From: Bugula neritina | Taxonomy: Eukaryota > Animalia > Bryozoa | Direction of reading: 5' to 3' | Assembly (NCBI GenBank): GCA_964035545.1 | Contig: OZ037772.1 | Coordinates: forward strand, 3,067,538-3,131,537 | Length of the DNA stretch: 64,000 nucleotides | In this document: piece after piece, positions 1 through 14,252 of the stretch | How positions within the stretch are numbered: position 1 is the first letter of the stretch | How the letters are laid out: each line of letters opens with the position of its first letter | Notes under the pieces: model-generated | The model's input: only the letters and a program-made list of their open reading frames with translations | Databases searched by the model: none | Told to the model about the DNA's origin: nothing | Position numbers and translations under genes: made by a program

Positions 1-288
1 GAGAGAGAGGGAGAGAGAGAGGACGGATCAACAGTTACTAGCATCTCAATTTCCCCACAATTCTCACCTGTTCTGTGATCTTCACCTTGATCTCTTCCAA
101 GTTGTCATGACTTGGTAACCTGCTGTCTCCACTGTTGGAATCTGGTCTTATACCCTCACTCTCATTGGACAAGTTGCTAGCTAGTAATGTGTGAGCAAAT
201 GGTGTGTTGGTGTTTAATGCTGAGTTATTACTAGTGTTTACTGCTGACTGAGAGAGATTCGGCCTCAACTACAAAACATAACAGGATA

Positions 289-653
289 ATCTACAGTACA
301 AGGAGGGGATCTACAGTACAAGGAGAAGATCTACAGTACAAGGAGAGGCTCTACAGTACAAGGAGAGGATCTACAGTACAAGGAGAGAATCTACAGTACA
401 AGGAGGGGATCTACAGTACAAGGAGGGGATCTACAGTACAAGGAGAGGATCTACAGTACAAGGAGAAGATCTACAGTACAAGGAGAGGATCTACAGTACA
501 AGGAGAGGATCTACAGTACAAGGAGAAGATCTACAGTACAAGGAGGGGATCTACAGTACAAGGAGAGGATCTACAGTACAAGGAGAAGATCTACAGTACA
601 AGGAGAGGTTCTACAGTACAAGGAGAGAATCTACAGTACAAGGAGAGGATCTA
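289..653. repeat. 20-bp minisatellite (ATCTACAGTACAAGGAGAGG)n, ~18 copies
   Basis: Directly visible tandem array. Confidence 0.97.
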
Positions 654-837
654 ATGTATTCTTTAGCTGCAGTCTCACAAGAGAATGGATACTCTACCAG
701 ACGTGTGTATGATATGTGAGTGGTAGATGAACTCACCTGGTCAGCCATTGAAAGTCGAATGAGTTCACTAGATATCACTCCGTCTGTGTCACACAGGAAG
801 TGCTTCCTCTAAGAGTTCTGGACCTTTGTCTTCGCTC

Positions 838-967
838 CTATGGCAACAGCAGTGAAACTATTAGTTACTATAGCAACAGCAGTGAAACTATTAGTTACTA
901 TAGCAACAGTAGTGAAATTAGTTACTATAGTAACAGCAGTGGCATTATTAGTTACTATAGTAACAGC
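838..967. repeat. 27-30 bp tandem repeat (AGCAACAGCAGTGAAACTATTAGTTACTAT), continuing at 2138-2185 after the MITE
   Basis: Tandem units on both sides of the inserted element. Confidence 0.85.
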
Positions 968-2137
968 CAGGGTTGGGGTCAATTACATGTAAATGTAATT
1001 AATTACAATTACAATTACATGAAGATTTGTCAATTACAATTACAATTATAATTACAGTTAAAAATAAATGTAATTAATTACAATTACAATTACATGGCAA
1101 TGTAATTAATTACAATTACAATTACTTTTGTTCTCACAAAAAATAAATAGAAGTCACTTCTAGGGTCTAACTACCAGGGGCAGTGTTGACAGTGGTGAAC
1201 CTCTTTTATTTTCTACAGTGATACTATAGGGTCATTCCATACCAAATCAACCAACTTTCAAGGGGTCCCACGTCTTTGTGTTTCAGATTTTGCTCATATT
1301 TACACTAAATGGACCTACACATGTTGAGATTACCATTCGTGAATATTTCTGGCCTGACACAAAAACATTTTGAGAAATTACTACTTTGGTAAACAAAGGT
1401 TGGAAAATATTTTGAGGAAAATTTGTGATTTATACTTTTAGACCAATTTATAAGTAATTTAAAATTTGATTAGGCGAGTATTTGAAATTTTTCAAAATTT
1501 ACAAAGTTTTGTTCATATTCAATGACTTTGCATATATGCACACAAAGTATTCTGTAGTATGTGTTGCTACTAGTGCAAATTAATAGGTATTATCAAACCA
1601 CACAGCAAATTTTAAGGCTCAGTCTAGAAAAATGATTGAGATATAGACGTTTATAGATTAGTCTAAAAGTAGAAATCACAAATTTTCCTCAAAATGTTTC
1701 TCAACTTTTGTCCACAAAAGTAGTCAGTTCTCAAAAAGAATTTGTGTCATGCCAGAAATACTGAAGAAGAGTACTTGAGGCATGTGTAGGTCTGTTTGGT
1801 GTAAACATGAACAAAATCTGAGACGCAAATAGACGCGGGCAATTCGGTGAGTTAGCATGAAATGACCCTATACTATATTGACCTAACTATCTGAACTTGT
1901 TATTTAACAGTAGGCATTGAAGAAAAAGAAGGAATTTTTTAGGATTTAAAAGTTGGAAGTAATTGACATGTAATTATAAAGTAATTGTAAAAATCAATTA
2001 CATTAGATATGTAATTAATTACAATTACAATTACAATTACATTTTTAAACCTCAATTACAAATTACATTCAATTACTTGAAAAAATGTAATTAATTACAG
2101 CCAATTACAATTACAAATTACAATTACCCCAACCCTG
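968..2137 (+). mobile_element. hAT-type non-autonomous element (MITE) copy 1, with (AATTAC)n subterminal arrays
   Basis: TIR CAGGGTTGGGG...CCCCAACCCTG; 8-bp TSD GTAACAGC at 960-967 and 2138-2145. Confidence 0.95.
1229..1868. mobile_element. Nested fold-back MITE with long imperfect inverted arms, inside hAT MITE copy 1
   Basis: GGGTCATTCCAT...ATGAAATGACCC flanked by TATA/TATA; the empty site (gatacTATActac) is seen in copy 3 at ~19402-19415. Confidence 0.85.
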
Positions 2138-2276
2138 GTAACAGCAGTGAAATTAGTTACTATAGCAACAGCAGTGTAACTAGTAGCTAAACTAACTCGT
2201 GCACAGAGCAAATATAAACATACACAGCTATAGTGTACACAGAGTAGATATAAATATACACAGCTATAGTGTACAC

Positions 2277-3423
2277 CAGGGTTGGGGTCAATTACATGTA
2301 AATGTAATTAATTACAATTACATAAAGATTTGTCAATTACAATTACAATTATAATTACAGTTAAAAAGTAATGTAATTAATTACAATTACAATTACATGG
2401 TAATGTAATTAATTACAATTACAATTACTTTTGTTCTCACAAGAGATAACTAGAAGTTATACAATGCCACTTCTAGGGTCCAACTACCAGGGGCAATGTT
2501 GACAGTGGTGAACCTCCTTTGTTCCCAGCAGTGACACTATAGGGTCAATTCATGCCAAATCAACCAAATTTTAAGGGGTTCCATGCCTTTGCTTCTCAGA
2601 TTTTGCTCATATTTACACATGTTCGGAGCACTATTCGTAAATATTTCTGACATGACAGAAAAACTTTTTGAGAAATGACTACATTAGTGGACAAAGGTTG
2701 GGAAAACTTTTGAGGAGAATTTGTGATTTCTACTTTTAAACCAACTTATAAATGTCTATATCTAAACAATTTTTTTAGACTGAGCTTTAAAAATTGATGT
2801 AGGAAATATTTAAAGAAATTTCAAAATTTACAAAAATTTGCCCATATTCAATGGTTTAGCATATATGCACACAAAGTATTCTGTAGTATGTGTTGCTACT
2901 AGTGCAAATTGATAGGTGTTATCAAATCGCACAGCAAATTTTAAGACTTAGTCTAGAAAAATGTTTGAGATATAGATGTTTATAAATTGCTCTAAAAGTA
3001 GAAATCACAAATGTTCCTTAAAGTTTTTCCCAACCTTTGTCCACAAATGTAGTCATTTCTCAAAAAGTTTTCTGTCAGGTCAAAAATATTTAAGATGAGT
3101 ACTCAGGACATATGTAGGCCTATTTGGTGTAAATATAAACAAACTCTGAGACACAAAAGCACCGGCCATGTGGTGAGTTGGCATGGACTTGTTATTTAAC
3201 AGTAGGCATGGTAGGAAAAGAATGATTTTTTCAAGATTTAAAAGTTTGAAGTAATTGACATGTAATTATAAAGTAATTGTAAAATTCAATTACATTAGCA
3301 ATGTAATTAATTACAATTACAATTACATGTTTATACATCAATTACAAATTACATTCAATTACTTGAAAAAATGTAATTAATTACAACCAATTACAATTAC
3401 AAATTACAATTACCCAAACCCTG
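2277..3423 (+). mobile_element. hAT-type MITE copy 2 (carries the same nested element at ~2542-3186, right end deleted)
   Basis: Same TIRs; 8-bp TSD GTGTACAC at 2269-2276 and 3424-3431. Confidence 0.95.
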
Positions 3424-3745
3424 GTGTACACAGAGTATATATAAATAGACACAGTTATACACAGAGTATATATAAATATACACAGCTATACACAGAGTAT
3501 ATATAAATATACACAGCTATACACAGAGTATATATAAATATACACAGCTATAGTGTACACAGAGTATATATAAACATACACAGCTATATACAGAGTATAT
3601 ATAAATATACAGCTATAGTATACACAAAGTATATATATAAACATACACAGCTATACACAGAGTATATATAAACATACACAGCTATATACAGAGTATATAT
3701 AAACATACACAGCTATAGTGTACACAGAGTATATATAAATATACG
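3424..3745. repeat. ~31-bp minisatellite (TACACAGAGTATATATAAATATACACAGCTA)n, starting at ~2200 before the MITE
   Basis: Tandem array. Confidence 0.9.
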
Positions 3746-5979
3746 CAGCAACAGTAAGGGTTGACACCATAATTTAGAATAAAGGAAGATTCTGTTTTCA
3801 CCTGAAGAAGGTAGAAGCTGTTGGGTGGTCCTGTGTTCAATAGATGAGAGATTATCTCGGTATATGGTGTACGCATCATCAGATATGGGAGTGAGTCCTT
3901 GGTGGTCACATTTGAAGAGAGAGAAAGGTTCTGATACTCTGTGGGATATGTACAGTACATCAATTCAGACATGTACAGATTTGATGGATATAACGGTTTG
4001 TCTACTGTGAGCTATAGTCTATAGCTATAGCCAACTATACTATGTATTGTACAGAAAGAAACACTTTCTCTCTCGTATACAATGGCAAATATTCACATAT
4101 ATCTTTATTGTATACTGTGGTGTTAATAACTGGTCAATATTAATACAGTCTCTGCCCCCACTACTATAAACCATATGTAAAACTAGTAACATTTCTGTCA
4201 ATATCCATTAATAACATTCTGAGAACAGCATGTATATAAATGATAACTTTTTACCAGTAAATATTTCTACTGTAAGAACAGCTCACAGGAAAGCCAGGTT
4301 GTCGACTACTGACTCATAATTATCACTAGTTGACTACTAGTAACCATGGTAACAACTAACATCCTATTACTATCAAATGTTACTTGCTATCACCTGAATA
4401 AGTATCAGAATAGAGGGATAGTGTATGAATAATGTTGGCAGACAGCAGCCTACCAGTATGTCACTCTTAGTAACTGAGTCAATATACTGAGAAGTTACAG
4501 GGAGATGATACAATCCTTATATCTAATCACTTGTACTAAACGAGGAACAAGAAAACTTGTGTTCTAGTGTGAACCAAAATCTCTACTTAGCTACAAACAT
4601 AGCTGATACTCTCCCCTGTTTATATAATAAAATTGTAATCTAAAGAATACAAACACACTTTTCCTTAGTGGATGTCAGGACTGGACTACTCAAAGCTCTC
4701 ACCAGTTTTAACTTCTCAGGAGCATTGAGGAACACGGTCTACAAAATACACCCACACATATCTAGAACTACCCTCTATATTCACTAAACAGAGTTCCTCA
4801 GTCTATTCAGCATGATAGGACACACCCAGCAGGAAATAAACTCAAGGCTAAAACAGTTATCTGACTGCGAATCACACATTTTATGTTTCCACATTGAAGA
4901 ACACATTGAACCAGCACACACTAGGCTAACTACAATCAGCTAGTCTCATGGTTCTCTCTCATACTACAGAGAGCTAAGTCTATCTAACTGGTGGCCAGCT
5001 ATAAAGTTCTGAGTATTTATATAGTGTGCCCATGAATTGTTAACAGGGTGGACTCAACTTCTTTAACCCCTTCGTCTCGAACTCTCTGTATAATACTTAT
5101 ATTATGGGGCGCAGTAGCTATGTATTTTTGTAAATTGAAAAAAAAGTATTTAAATATACTCCAGTTGCAGTTTTATAATAGATTAGGAGACAACTAGCTA
5201 ATGTTTAAATGAAAACATTTAATGGCCTACACCAAGCTTGAAAATAATTAGATATAAGCCTACCCCTTGTGCTAGTCACATATTATTATTCATAGCTTAA
5301 GTGAGCTGAAGCACACATCACAGTGGCTGATCATCACCACACACATTCTCACACTGTTCTCATAAACTGCAGAGTCGTAAATGGTACTTGAACTCGAACT
5401 GAAAGTGTTGCTCATAACTGTTCATATTGACACTGACATTATGAAGTTAGTAGTGATATTTCATTTTCAATAGTAGGGCTTTTAGATGGTATTGATTCAT
5501 CCACAATGAGAAATACTTGCAAATGTTGATAAATTATTTTATGATTGAATTCGTGAGTTATAATCATAATGTGTATCATTCAAATGTGAATACTGAACAT
5601 GATCTGGTGACCTTCATTACCTCATATTGATTCATCATAACTGTCAGTATAATTGTGCCATAGAGAATTCTATTAAGTTTGAAAATTGACATTCAGTTTC
5701 ACATTGCTCATTCAGTGATCCATGCTTAGTGTCACATTGGCCTTCAGGCTTAAAGCAACGAAATCTAACAGTAACACTATCTATAAGTATATTTATATTA
5801 TTATCAAGTATTAGCATTATGACATAAAATTAAACTTAAAGCCTGTCAGTTATAGTGTCTATGAAATTAAATTCCAAAAATAAAAACAAAACAAAAGTAA
5901 CTTTTATTCACGCTTCAACTTTCAAAACGAAGACTAAGTTCAACCCAACGAGGTAAGAGATGATCATTTAATCAGTTAA

Positions 5980-7900
5980 TCACAATGCCTAGTATGTTAT
6001 CACATTCACGCAAGCTTTCACTGTGAATCACAATGATTATGAGTATGATTTAATGAGTATCAGTATGGCAATCCCAACGACAATAACTAATAAGTATAAC
6101 TGTTAGTGTGAGTGACTGACTGAGTGTGACTGATAAGAGCCAGGCCAATGCCAGGGGCAATCGCAATCGGTATGACTGAATCACTATCAGTATAAGTATT
6201 ACAATCACAAAGTCAAATGACAATGCCATTATAGCACTATCAATATCATATTGAATTGAATTTTGATTGCGATTATCAAATAGCACCCTCTTAGTTCTTA
6301 CTATTACTATTAGTATTACTTACAACTTGCTTATGCAAGAGAATTAAATCTTTAAAGCGTAGCATCCTTTTCAAGCAAAATAAGGATAATAAGTTTCGTC
6401 AAATTGAGTTAAAAACTACAACTTATAAGTCACAAGTATAAAGCAACTCATCACTAATCCTAGTCATAGTGGGTACGGCAGGCATATAGCATTATTTATT
6501 TTACAATGCGACAAGATTATCTAGACGGTGCGCTTACGCCTCTCATTGTACTTAAAGGCCGTAAGCATCCAGATTATTTATTACATTTGAGCAAAAGTTT
6601 GCATGCTTTTCAACTGTTTTATCAGCATTTCATCCAATTTCTTATACGAAAACACTACAAAAATGCAAGTAAAAGTGGTCACATTAGGTGTCTTAGACTT
6701 GCCCAGACTTGCCCGCGAGCGTGCCCTCCGTGTCCTATTCTGACGTGGGGATGGCAAAATAGCCCTATTGTAGCGTGAGTTTATATCGCGTAAAGTTATT
6801 AAAGGCGGGTTTGTCTCAGATTCTCGTCATTCGTAGCTCAAATCACATGAATGTTACTCTTCGGGTGGCTACTAATAACTAACGTTAGCTACGCAACATC
6901 AAGAAAGGTAACTAATTTGACTGTTTTCAAATGGACTATTCCATTTCGCTGGTTTGTAACTTGCCGTAAATCACAAAATAATTATCTTCCCTATTTTAAT
7001 TTCAATTATCACGTCGACCACACTACCAGAAAATTACTTTTAAATATGCAGTAAATGATGATTTTCAACCGTTTTGTGATGAATTATAGGTTAGTAGTTG
7101 TCTACGTAAAATCAAGTTTTAAAATTTGTAACTGAATCAGTGAATCACAGTATCAGTATGAGTATGACTATGAATATCACTATGTCTATGACTCTCACTC
7201 AGTCTGACTATCGCCTATTGGTGAACTATTAGTATTATTAATAATATTCAATGGTTATATTTATTAATACTATTAATAATCATAATGATAATCATATGAC
7301 ATTTGACAATATCAGTATGTTACGGAGCAGGATCAGTTTCGAAACTAATACTAATAGTAATAGTAATAGTAATACTTATGTTATAATATTAGTTATAACT
7401 ATAAGTATAAGTTATATCGATAGCAATATTAATATAAATATTTATATTCATAGTAATATTAATAGCAAATGTAATATTATTATGTTGATAGTTATACTTG
7501 TAAGTTATAGTATAAAGCAAACGAAACAAGTATTAATTTGAACTGCTGGTCTTAAAATAAAAAATAAAATAAATATAAATAATAAATTATAATAATTTAA
7601 TTATACTAATACTAATAGTAATAGCAATACTTTTACAGTAATATAATTATAATAAATTTATAAAACCCAAACAACTTTAAATTTAATGAACAACTTTAAA
7701 TACAAACATAAAGATAATATTAAATAATTATAATCATAATGGTCATAACAATAAATATGATTCCAATAATTACCAATATATTATATAATATTTAAATTAT
7801 TTTAATTTATAATTATAATCATAATTTTTATAGTTATAGTGAATAAATTCAATATGACATAATTACTATAATATAAAGCAGTCAGTCTATCTCTAATGCT
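5980..7900. repeat. Degenerate 3/6-periodic tracts (AGTATC/AGTATG/AGTAAT-like) flanking a more CpG-rich unique core (~6310-7130)
   Basis: Low-complexity hexamer-like tracts at ~5980-6310 and ~7135-7900; similar tracts at 10600-11220, 12250-12459, 14253-14470 and 61680-62430. Confidence 0.6.
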
Positions 7901-10900
7901 GATTGATATTCAGATTGTTATGACTGTATCATTATTCACTAACTCTAAGAGTAAGTGACTACAATCATTAGTATCAATGTTGTGTTAGAGTACTATACCC
8001 ATTGGAATTTTGATAAATCCATTATATTTACAACTCTGCCTGTTACAGCTATTAATAAATTGAACCAAAATACTAACAGTGCCTAATCATCGCCTTATTT
8101 GTAAAATAATCACTATCATAATGCTCAAGTTAATAGATTGGAAATTATTGAAAATTATATTGATGCTAATATAACTATGACATTGCATGCATCCAAGTAG
8201 TGATGTTGTAATATATCTTGGAAGATAATTACATTATAATAAGAGTTAAATTCCTCTAAGTAACTTTTTTGCAATTATTCCTTAGAATAACTATAACTTA
8301 TACTCCTAATATTTAGTAGCGCATTAGTTTTAGATTGAGCTACTAATTGTATTTATTGCATGTGAAGGTTAGTTATTCTCCATCAGCTGCATGAATGTGA
8401 CTGGTAAATTTTGTAACCTTTGGCAGTAATAACTCTATAGCATAAATTAGACACATTTTTATAAAAATACATAATTGCTATAGCTGCTAGTAATTCTAAT
8501 GGGTGAAATAATATTACTTTCACCAGCATTAATTTTTACTTTGTTCATGCTTCATGAAGCATTTTCTAAATTCTTTTTTAAATAAATTTCTACAATACAT
8601 ATAATGTGCTGAATAGATTACATATGTTGGGGTTCTTCCTTTACTGCAGCTCAGCCTACACTCCCGCCACAAATGTTCCTAAACTACTAGCTCCATCAGG
8701 ACACAGGTTGATGGAGCTGTATTGATAGAAACTTCTCTTTTTAGCAGTAGAGGCATCATGGAAAATGGCAAGTATTTTACTCAATAAGAATGCAGTTTTT
8801 TACTTCTACAAATTTGATAGCCTACACTATTCTATTTAAATGGAGACTGGTCTGACATGATGTGTCTGCAATTTATTAGTTATAATATAGTAAATACTAT
8901 GCGGGCCTATAGATAAAAAGGCTCAAAAAATAATTAAAAAAAACATTACACAATGCTGTACTTATTAGCAATGTGATACTTAGCAACTAATTTCACATTA
9001 TTATTGTTTGCAAAGTTTTATATATCTACATATGTTTGTTCAATTCAGTGTTCTGGAATAGAAGGTTCCAACAGCAGGGAAAAGCCTTGAACAAGATATT
9101 ATGTTCTACATCTCCAACTCATTTTAACTTTGCTGGTCAGTCCATTGTGTATCTGGAGCATAGTTTTGTATTTTCAAGTAGTCCATCAGATACCTTTGTA
9201 GATAGTTAAGATTACAATGTTTGTGCAATGATGTCCATAATGTTGAACTGATTTATTGAAACTAAAACTGTTCTTAATTATAACAAAACTTGACAATCTT
9301 TACAAAAGACTAATGTCCTATAATCTATCTTCATTGTAAACAAAATTAGAAACTTCCACATCAGCAAATTGTTTATCATCATCTGTAGGTGGAAGACGCT
9401 TGCACTCAGTTATAAAGGCAAGCTGAAAGTGGTTTTCTTTGCCTTCTATGAAGATTTGAAAAGAGCCAGAAAATTAATACTCTATAACTGCAAAACCATG
9501 TTGTAGTGTCTTGTGTTATTGATTGAATTATCTAAAAGAAAAATTGTTGTATCATTATAATTTTGCTGTTAATGAATTAGCAAATCTACTTATCTTGGTA
9601 AATATGTTCAAGAACAAATACTATAGTGTAACTCAGTTTTGGTTATGTGTATGCTCCTTAAGTGAATTTACAGCAGATGTTAAACTATATATTAGAGACT
9701 GATATGGGAATTAAATTTGAGCTAACCATGATGATGTAAATAGCTGTTGTATGTGACTTGGAGAACTCTGCTGGCCATGTCAGTTCAAATACACCATTAT
9801 TGAAATTCAGCCTTTTCACAACTATGGCAGCATTCTGACTGCTCCTTAGCTTTCTGCGCCTGAAATTTCTTCTACTTGCACCATTCTTCTATTGGTGGAA
9901 TGTTAGTCTATAACAAACAGGTGTACCAAAGCTAAAGAAAAATCTAATTCACTTCACTAGGATATTATTCAACTCATTTAAATTTAATATATAGCGGTAA
10001 AACAATCACATAATTGTATTTATTTTATCAGCTTTACTTTACAAAGCTGAACCATATGATTTAGTAACTTGTCACCATAATAAACATTGTACAACATACA
10101 AATTGAAAACCTGATGTGATTGCTTTTTAATAGAATATACATCACAAACATGTTACTTTAATAAGCATGTTCATAATAAAAGTATTAAACCAGTTTGAAA
10201 AATTTTTTGTTATGTAAGGGATCACAAAACTACATCATTTTAGATCTGTAGCTTAATGTTCCTTAAGCAACGGGCTGCTATGACTAATTAACTTTCTATC
10301 ATTGCATTTGATTGTTCTACTCATAGTGTATTGGCGAGTTAAAATTATTGGTAATTTAATGTATATTTTAGCTACCTCTGTACAATCAATGTCATAGTAA
10401 TATCTATTGGATTTTAAATTTCACTGAGTTTATAGTAATTCATTGCATAACATTTGGCTAGTTCTCTAGTTCATTAAATAACCATACAAACTTTAATTTA
10501 CAACATGACAAAACACACAAAGCAAAATTAAAATAAGCATATTATGAACCAATGTAATTGATAAGTGATAATGCTGTTGTAAAACATAAATTATCAAATT
10601 GAAATAGTTATTATTACTATTACTATTAGTATTACTATCATTATAACAACTATAATTATTATTAGTATTACTATTAGTATTAGCATTAGTAGTAAAAAAT
10701 GAGTAGAGTTCAACATATACAATCTAGCTTACTATAAAAGTAGAAGTAGAACTTCTAAAACTATCATCTGCATCATTATCAGAACTATGAGTAATACTAG
10801 TAGTTGTACTGATAGTAATACTATTATATTAATATTATTTAATTATTCATTATTAATTAATTATTGATACTAATAGACAATAGTAATAGTATAACTATGA

Positions 10901-12459
10901 GTATGAGACTTGGGCTGGCAGTGATTATCACTATCAGTATCAGCATCGTCATAGTCAAAAGTTACAAGAATTAGAAGCCATATTGATATTCATATTGATA
11001 TTCTCATTGAGTTATGCATAGCCATATTCATAGTAATAGACATAGTCTATCACTGATTGAGTTAATGTCATAGTGATACTCATACTCATAATTAATTTAT
11101 ACGATACTCATACTCATAGTCATAGAGTATCATAGTCATAGTGACACTTCACCGTGAATTTCAATTTAATAATTTCAATTTAATATTATCATTGTTGCTA
11201 ATAGTAATATTATGTCTTACTCTTAGTCTAACAGCAGCTTTATGAAGAAGTTGAACATAACTGATAACAAAACAAATTTAAAAAATAATATTGTAACAAT
11301 CAATATAATAATAATGTATATCAATATGCTAGCAACCTAATTTTCAGCTCACTTCATTAACTTTCCGTGCAGTATTGTGATAGAATAAATTTATTAATGG
11401 TGACCTTGACATCTTCGTCCAAACGCCTTTCACGTCAAGCCCCGAACCAATTTGTAAAAATTTTGGATTTTTTACTTTTGATTATTTTTTACGAAAAGAG
11501 CTTCAAAATAAATTTAAAAAAAGTGATCTGTTGTCCACATGAAAAGAAATATATAAGCCAATTTTCTAAATTCAAAAAGTTACCAGAGGGTCACAATATT
11601 TTTTTTAAAAAATCTGTATTTTCACGGCAAGCTCTATATGTCAATATAGAAAAATAGAAGACAACTCTTCTTTCAGATTTTTCATGTGCCATGGTCACGT
11701 CAATATCAGTGCTATTAACACATATATTTTAATTCATTTTTTCTGGTATATTGAGTTGAGATTTTTTTTATATATTTTGTGAATGCAACTAAAAAAGTAT
11801 GAACTTTTATTTAACAGTAATTGATTTTATCAAAATAACCTGGATGCCTACGATGTTTAAGCAATATCCAATTGTATGGTTTTTATGACTTTAAAATCCG
11901 TTTTTGAGAAGCAAGGCTAGATAGAAATTAATGATCGATATTGACTCGCTAAGAGTACTCATGTAAACCCGCAAACTACAACTTTTAACTTGATCGCAAA
12001 GCTGGAAGTACGATAAGCGTCGCCGTATTGATTTCAGGCGAATTTTAGCTTATTTCTTTCAAACTGCTGAGAAGTAATATTTGCTTCCAATTTATGTCTG
12101 TATCAGCCATCAGGGCTATCGCGATACAATTATAAATGTTCTTAATTCAATCAATATTATGAAATAATTAATGTAGGAAATTCAATTTTGACTATATAGA
12201 ATAATCTCAATCTGAATAAGTAGTATTTATTTATTGTAACACTTGCACTTCGTCTTACTCTTACTCTTAGTCAGATAACATAGTACATACTGATACTCAT
12301 ACTGATACTAATACTTATACTCAATCCCATACTCAATCTCATACTGAGTCCGATACTCATAGTCATAGTGATAGTCTTTGCCATTTATTGCTAGATAATT
12401 TAAGCTAGTACTAGTACTACTACTAGTAGTACTACTACTAGTAGTACTACTACTAGTAG

Positions 12460-14252
12460 CAGGGAAGTAGTGGTACCCATACGGTCCCATACGCCGTATG
12501 GCCTAGAAGAAAACAGACTGTTCTAGGCCATACGCCCGTATGGGCATAATTATTTTTGAAAGATAATTAGTGCACAGGATAGTTTGGGCATCCTCACTGA
12601 GAATATCATAAATTTTGCTCACAATGTAATTTAAGTTCTTGTTATGTTAATGCTATGTGGGTGGCATGCGTGTTGCCTACTTGTGATTGTTTAGCCTGAG
12701 ATTACACTATGAATAATATGCAGCTATCAACATTCCATCTTCTCATCTCTACGTGTTCATTGAAGCGCGAAGTGCTGCGCATTGGAGATTACTAAAGAAA
12801 CAATAATATTTCATTTTCAGTGTATAAATCACTAACTTTTAGAAAATCTATGAAGGCTATTGAAAAGATCAAAAAATTTGCCATGCATAAATTTCTCAGG
12901 TTTCCGACAGTGTTTGTTCTATTCGAATACCATGCTTTTCTGCTGAGAAATTTGGCAGGGATTGAAAAATAAATTTTTCAGGTAAAATTGGCCAAAAATG
13001 GGTAGATTTTTGTCTAACTTTGCAAAAAAATATTGAAAACTCAAAAAAGCAGGTGCTCTGAGAAACAGGAAGATCTAAAACATAGTTTTTAAATTTTAAT
13101 TCTAGCACAATTCTTCTAATATAGGTACCAATAATGTGGCCTCAGCAAGGCTGTGACAGCTAGAAGGTTGCCCTTATCTATCTTGTGTGGACTTGAATTT
13201 TGTCAATAAGCAATGGAATTTGGAAAAAACCAACATGAAATCTAGAAATGAAATCAAAATGTCTTCAAGAAACAGTACCAGGTGTGTAGGAGAGGCTAAT
13301 AAAAATTTATCACTGAGGTCTACAGGTACTAGATCCACATTTTGGTCAAAAACCTAGCGTTATTGCATGTTAATTATTAATGCAATAAGGTTTGCAAACT
13401 GTACACCACCATAAGTAACCTTTTATGTTTGATTGTACTAAAGTCTGGCTTTACATTTAATAATCTTCTAGGTTAACACATATTAAACCTGTCAAATTTG
13501 TTCTTTTGGGGGTATATTTCCTTGATGTATCTAGTGGAAGCTCAGGGAATTTATTTTAAAACTAAGTTAACATACTCTTCTTGGGTGTGCATATTCATTG
13601 TTTGTAAGGAGGTGTGGCGGTATCACCTTATGGATTAGACTAATACTCTAATAAACTCCAAATAGGCTTTCAACCAATTTCTGCTTGCCATGCAATGAGT
13701 TATCAATTCAAATTGCTCTTTATAAATAACCAACACACATTTTCTGATTAGCAATCTTCCTCTGTTCTGATCTACTATTCTTTTTCTGTGCACGGCAGTG
13801 TATTAGTTATTTAAAGTAATCAGGTTGCATTTGGAGAGCACTTGTTACCTGCCTCTATCCTTCCATCTTTTTGAGATATTCAGCAATTTTTCTGTACAGG
13901 TTGGACTTAGTGTCAGAACAAACCTAACTGCAGTTGAGTAAGACTATATTACATTACATCACAGTCAACAGGTATGGGACAAGACTGAATATTTATATAG
14001 TTTGCAGCAATGTCCAGTCGTCATGTAGCTGGTATGGTATGAAAATAATAGCGAGGTGCACATTTCAACACATATTTTTTTCAGAAGAATTATAATGCAC
14101 AATGGCTTTAAATTGCCTAAATATGCATCAGAAGAGCTCTGAAGGCTTCGGTGAATCCGGGGCGCTGCCCCGGACCCGCCGGGGGCCTGGGCAGCCCCCT
14201 GGACCCCCGGCCTGAGAGTATGGCCTAGAACATTTTTGCCACTACATCCCTG
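12460..14252. mobile_element. hAT-type element, 1.8 kb, with decayed internal sequence
   Basis: TIR CAGGGAAGTAGTGG...CCACTACATCCCTG; 8-bp TSD ACTAGTAG on both sides; subterminal GTATGGCCTAGAA repeats and a GC-rich GGGGCGCTGCCCCGGACCC motif. Confidence 0.92.

Larger units (their letters stand above)
68..4738 (-). pseudogene. Degenerate multi-exon gene, weakly PIAS/ZMIZ (PINIT to pre-SP-RING)-like; candidate exons 4659-4738, 4394-4522, 3802-4011, 737-837, 68-268
   Basis: Segments are bounded by AG/GT and translate to TVFLNAPEKLKLVRAL.., ..HLPVTSQYIDSVTKSDILVGCC..HYPS.., LTVDKPLY..LMMRTPYTEIISHLL.., ..RKHFLCDTDGVISSELIRLS... This recalls ZMIZ motifs (HKPL, LVHRPSVRSVLQGLL, DGVEQTAIKVS). In-frame TAA/TAG codons and phase clashes are present. 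The family call is weak. Confidence 0.35.

Noticed and set aside
289-653. CRISPR-like regular repeats (also 20745, 44494, 51481)
   Set aside because: Units are contiguous with no unique spacers, there are no cas genes, and the context is eukaryotic.
5063-5090. piggyBac-like end (TTAA CCCCTTCG)
   Set aside because: No matching inverted end was found in the window.
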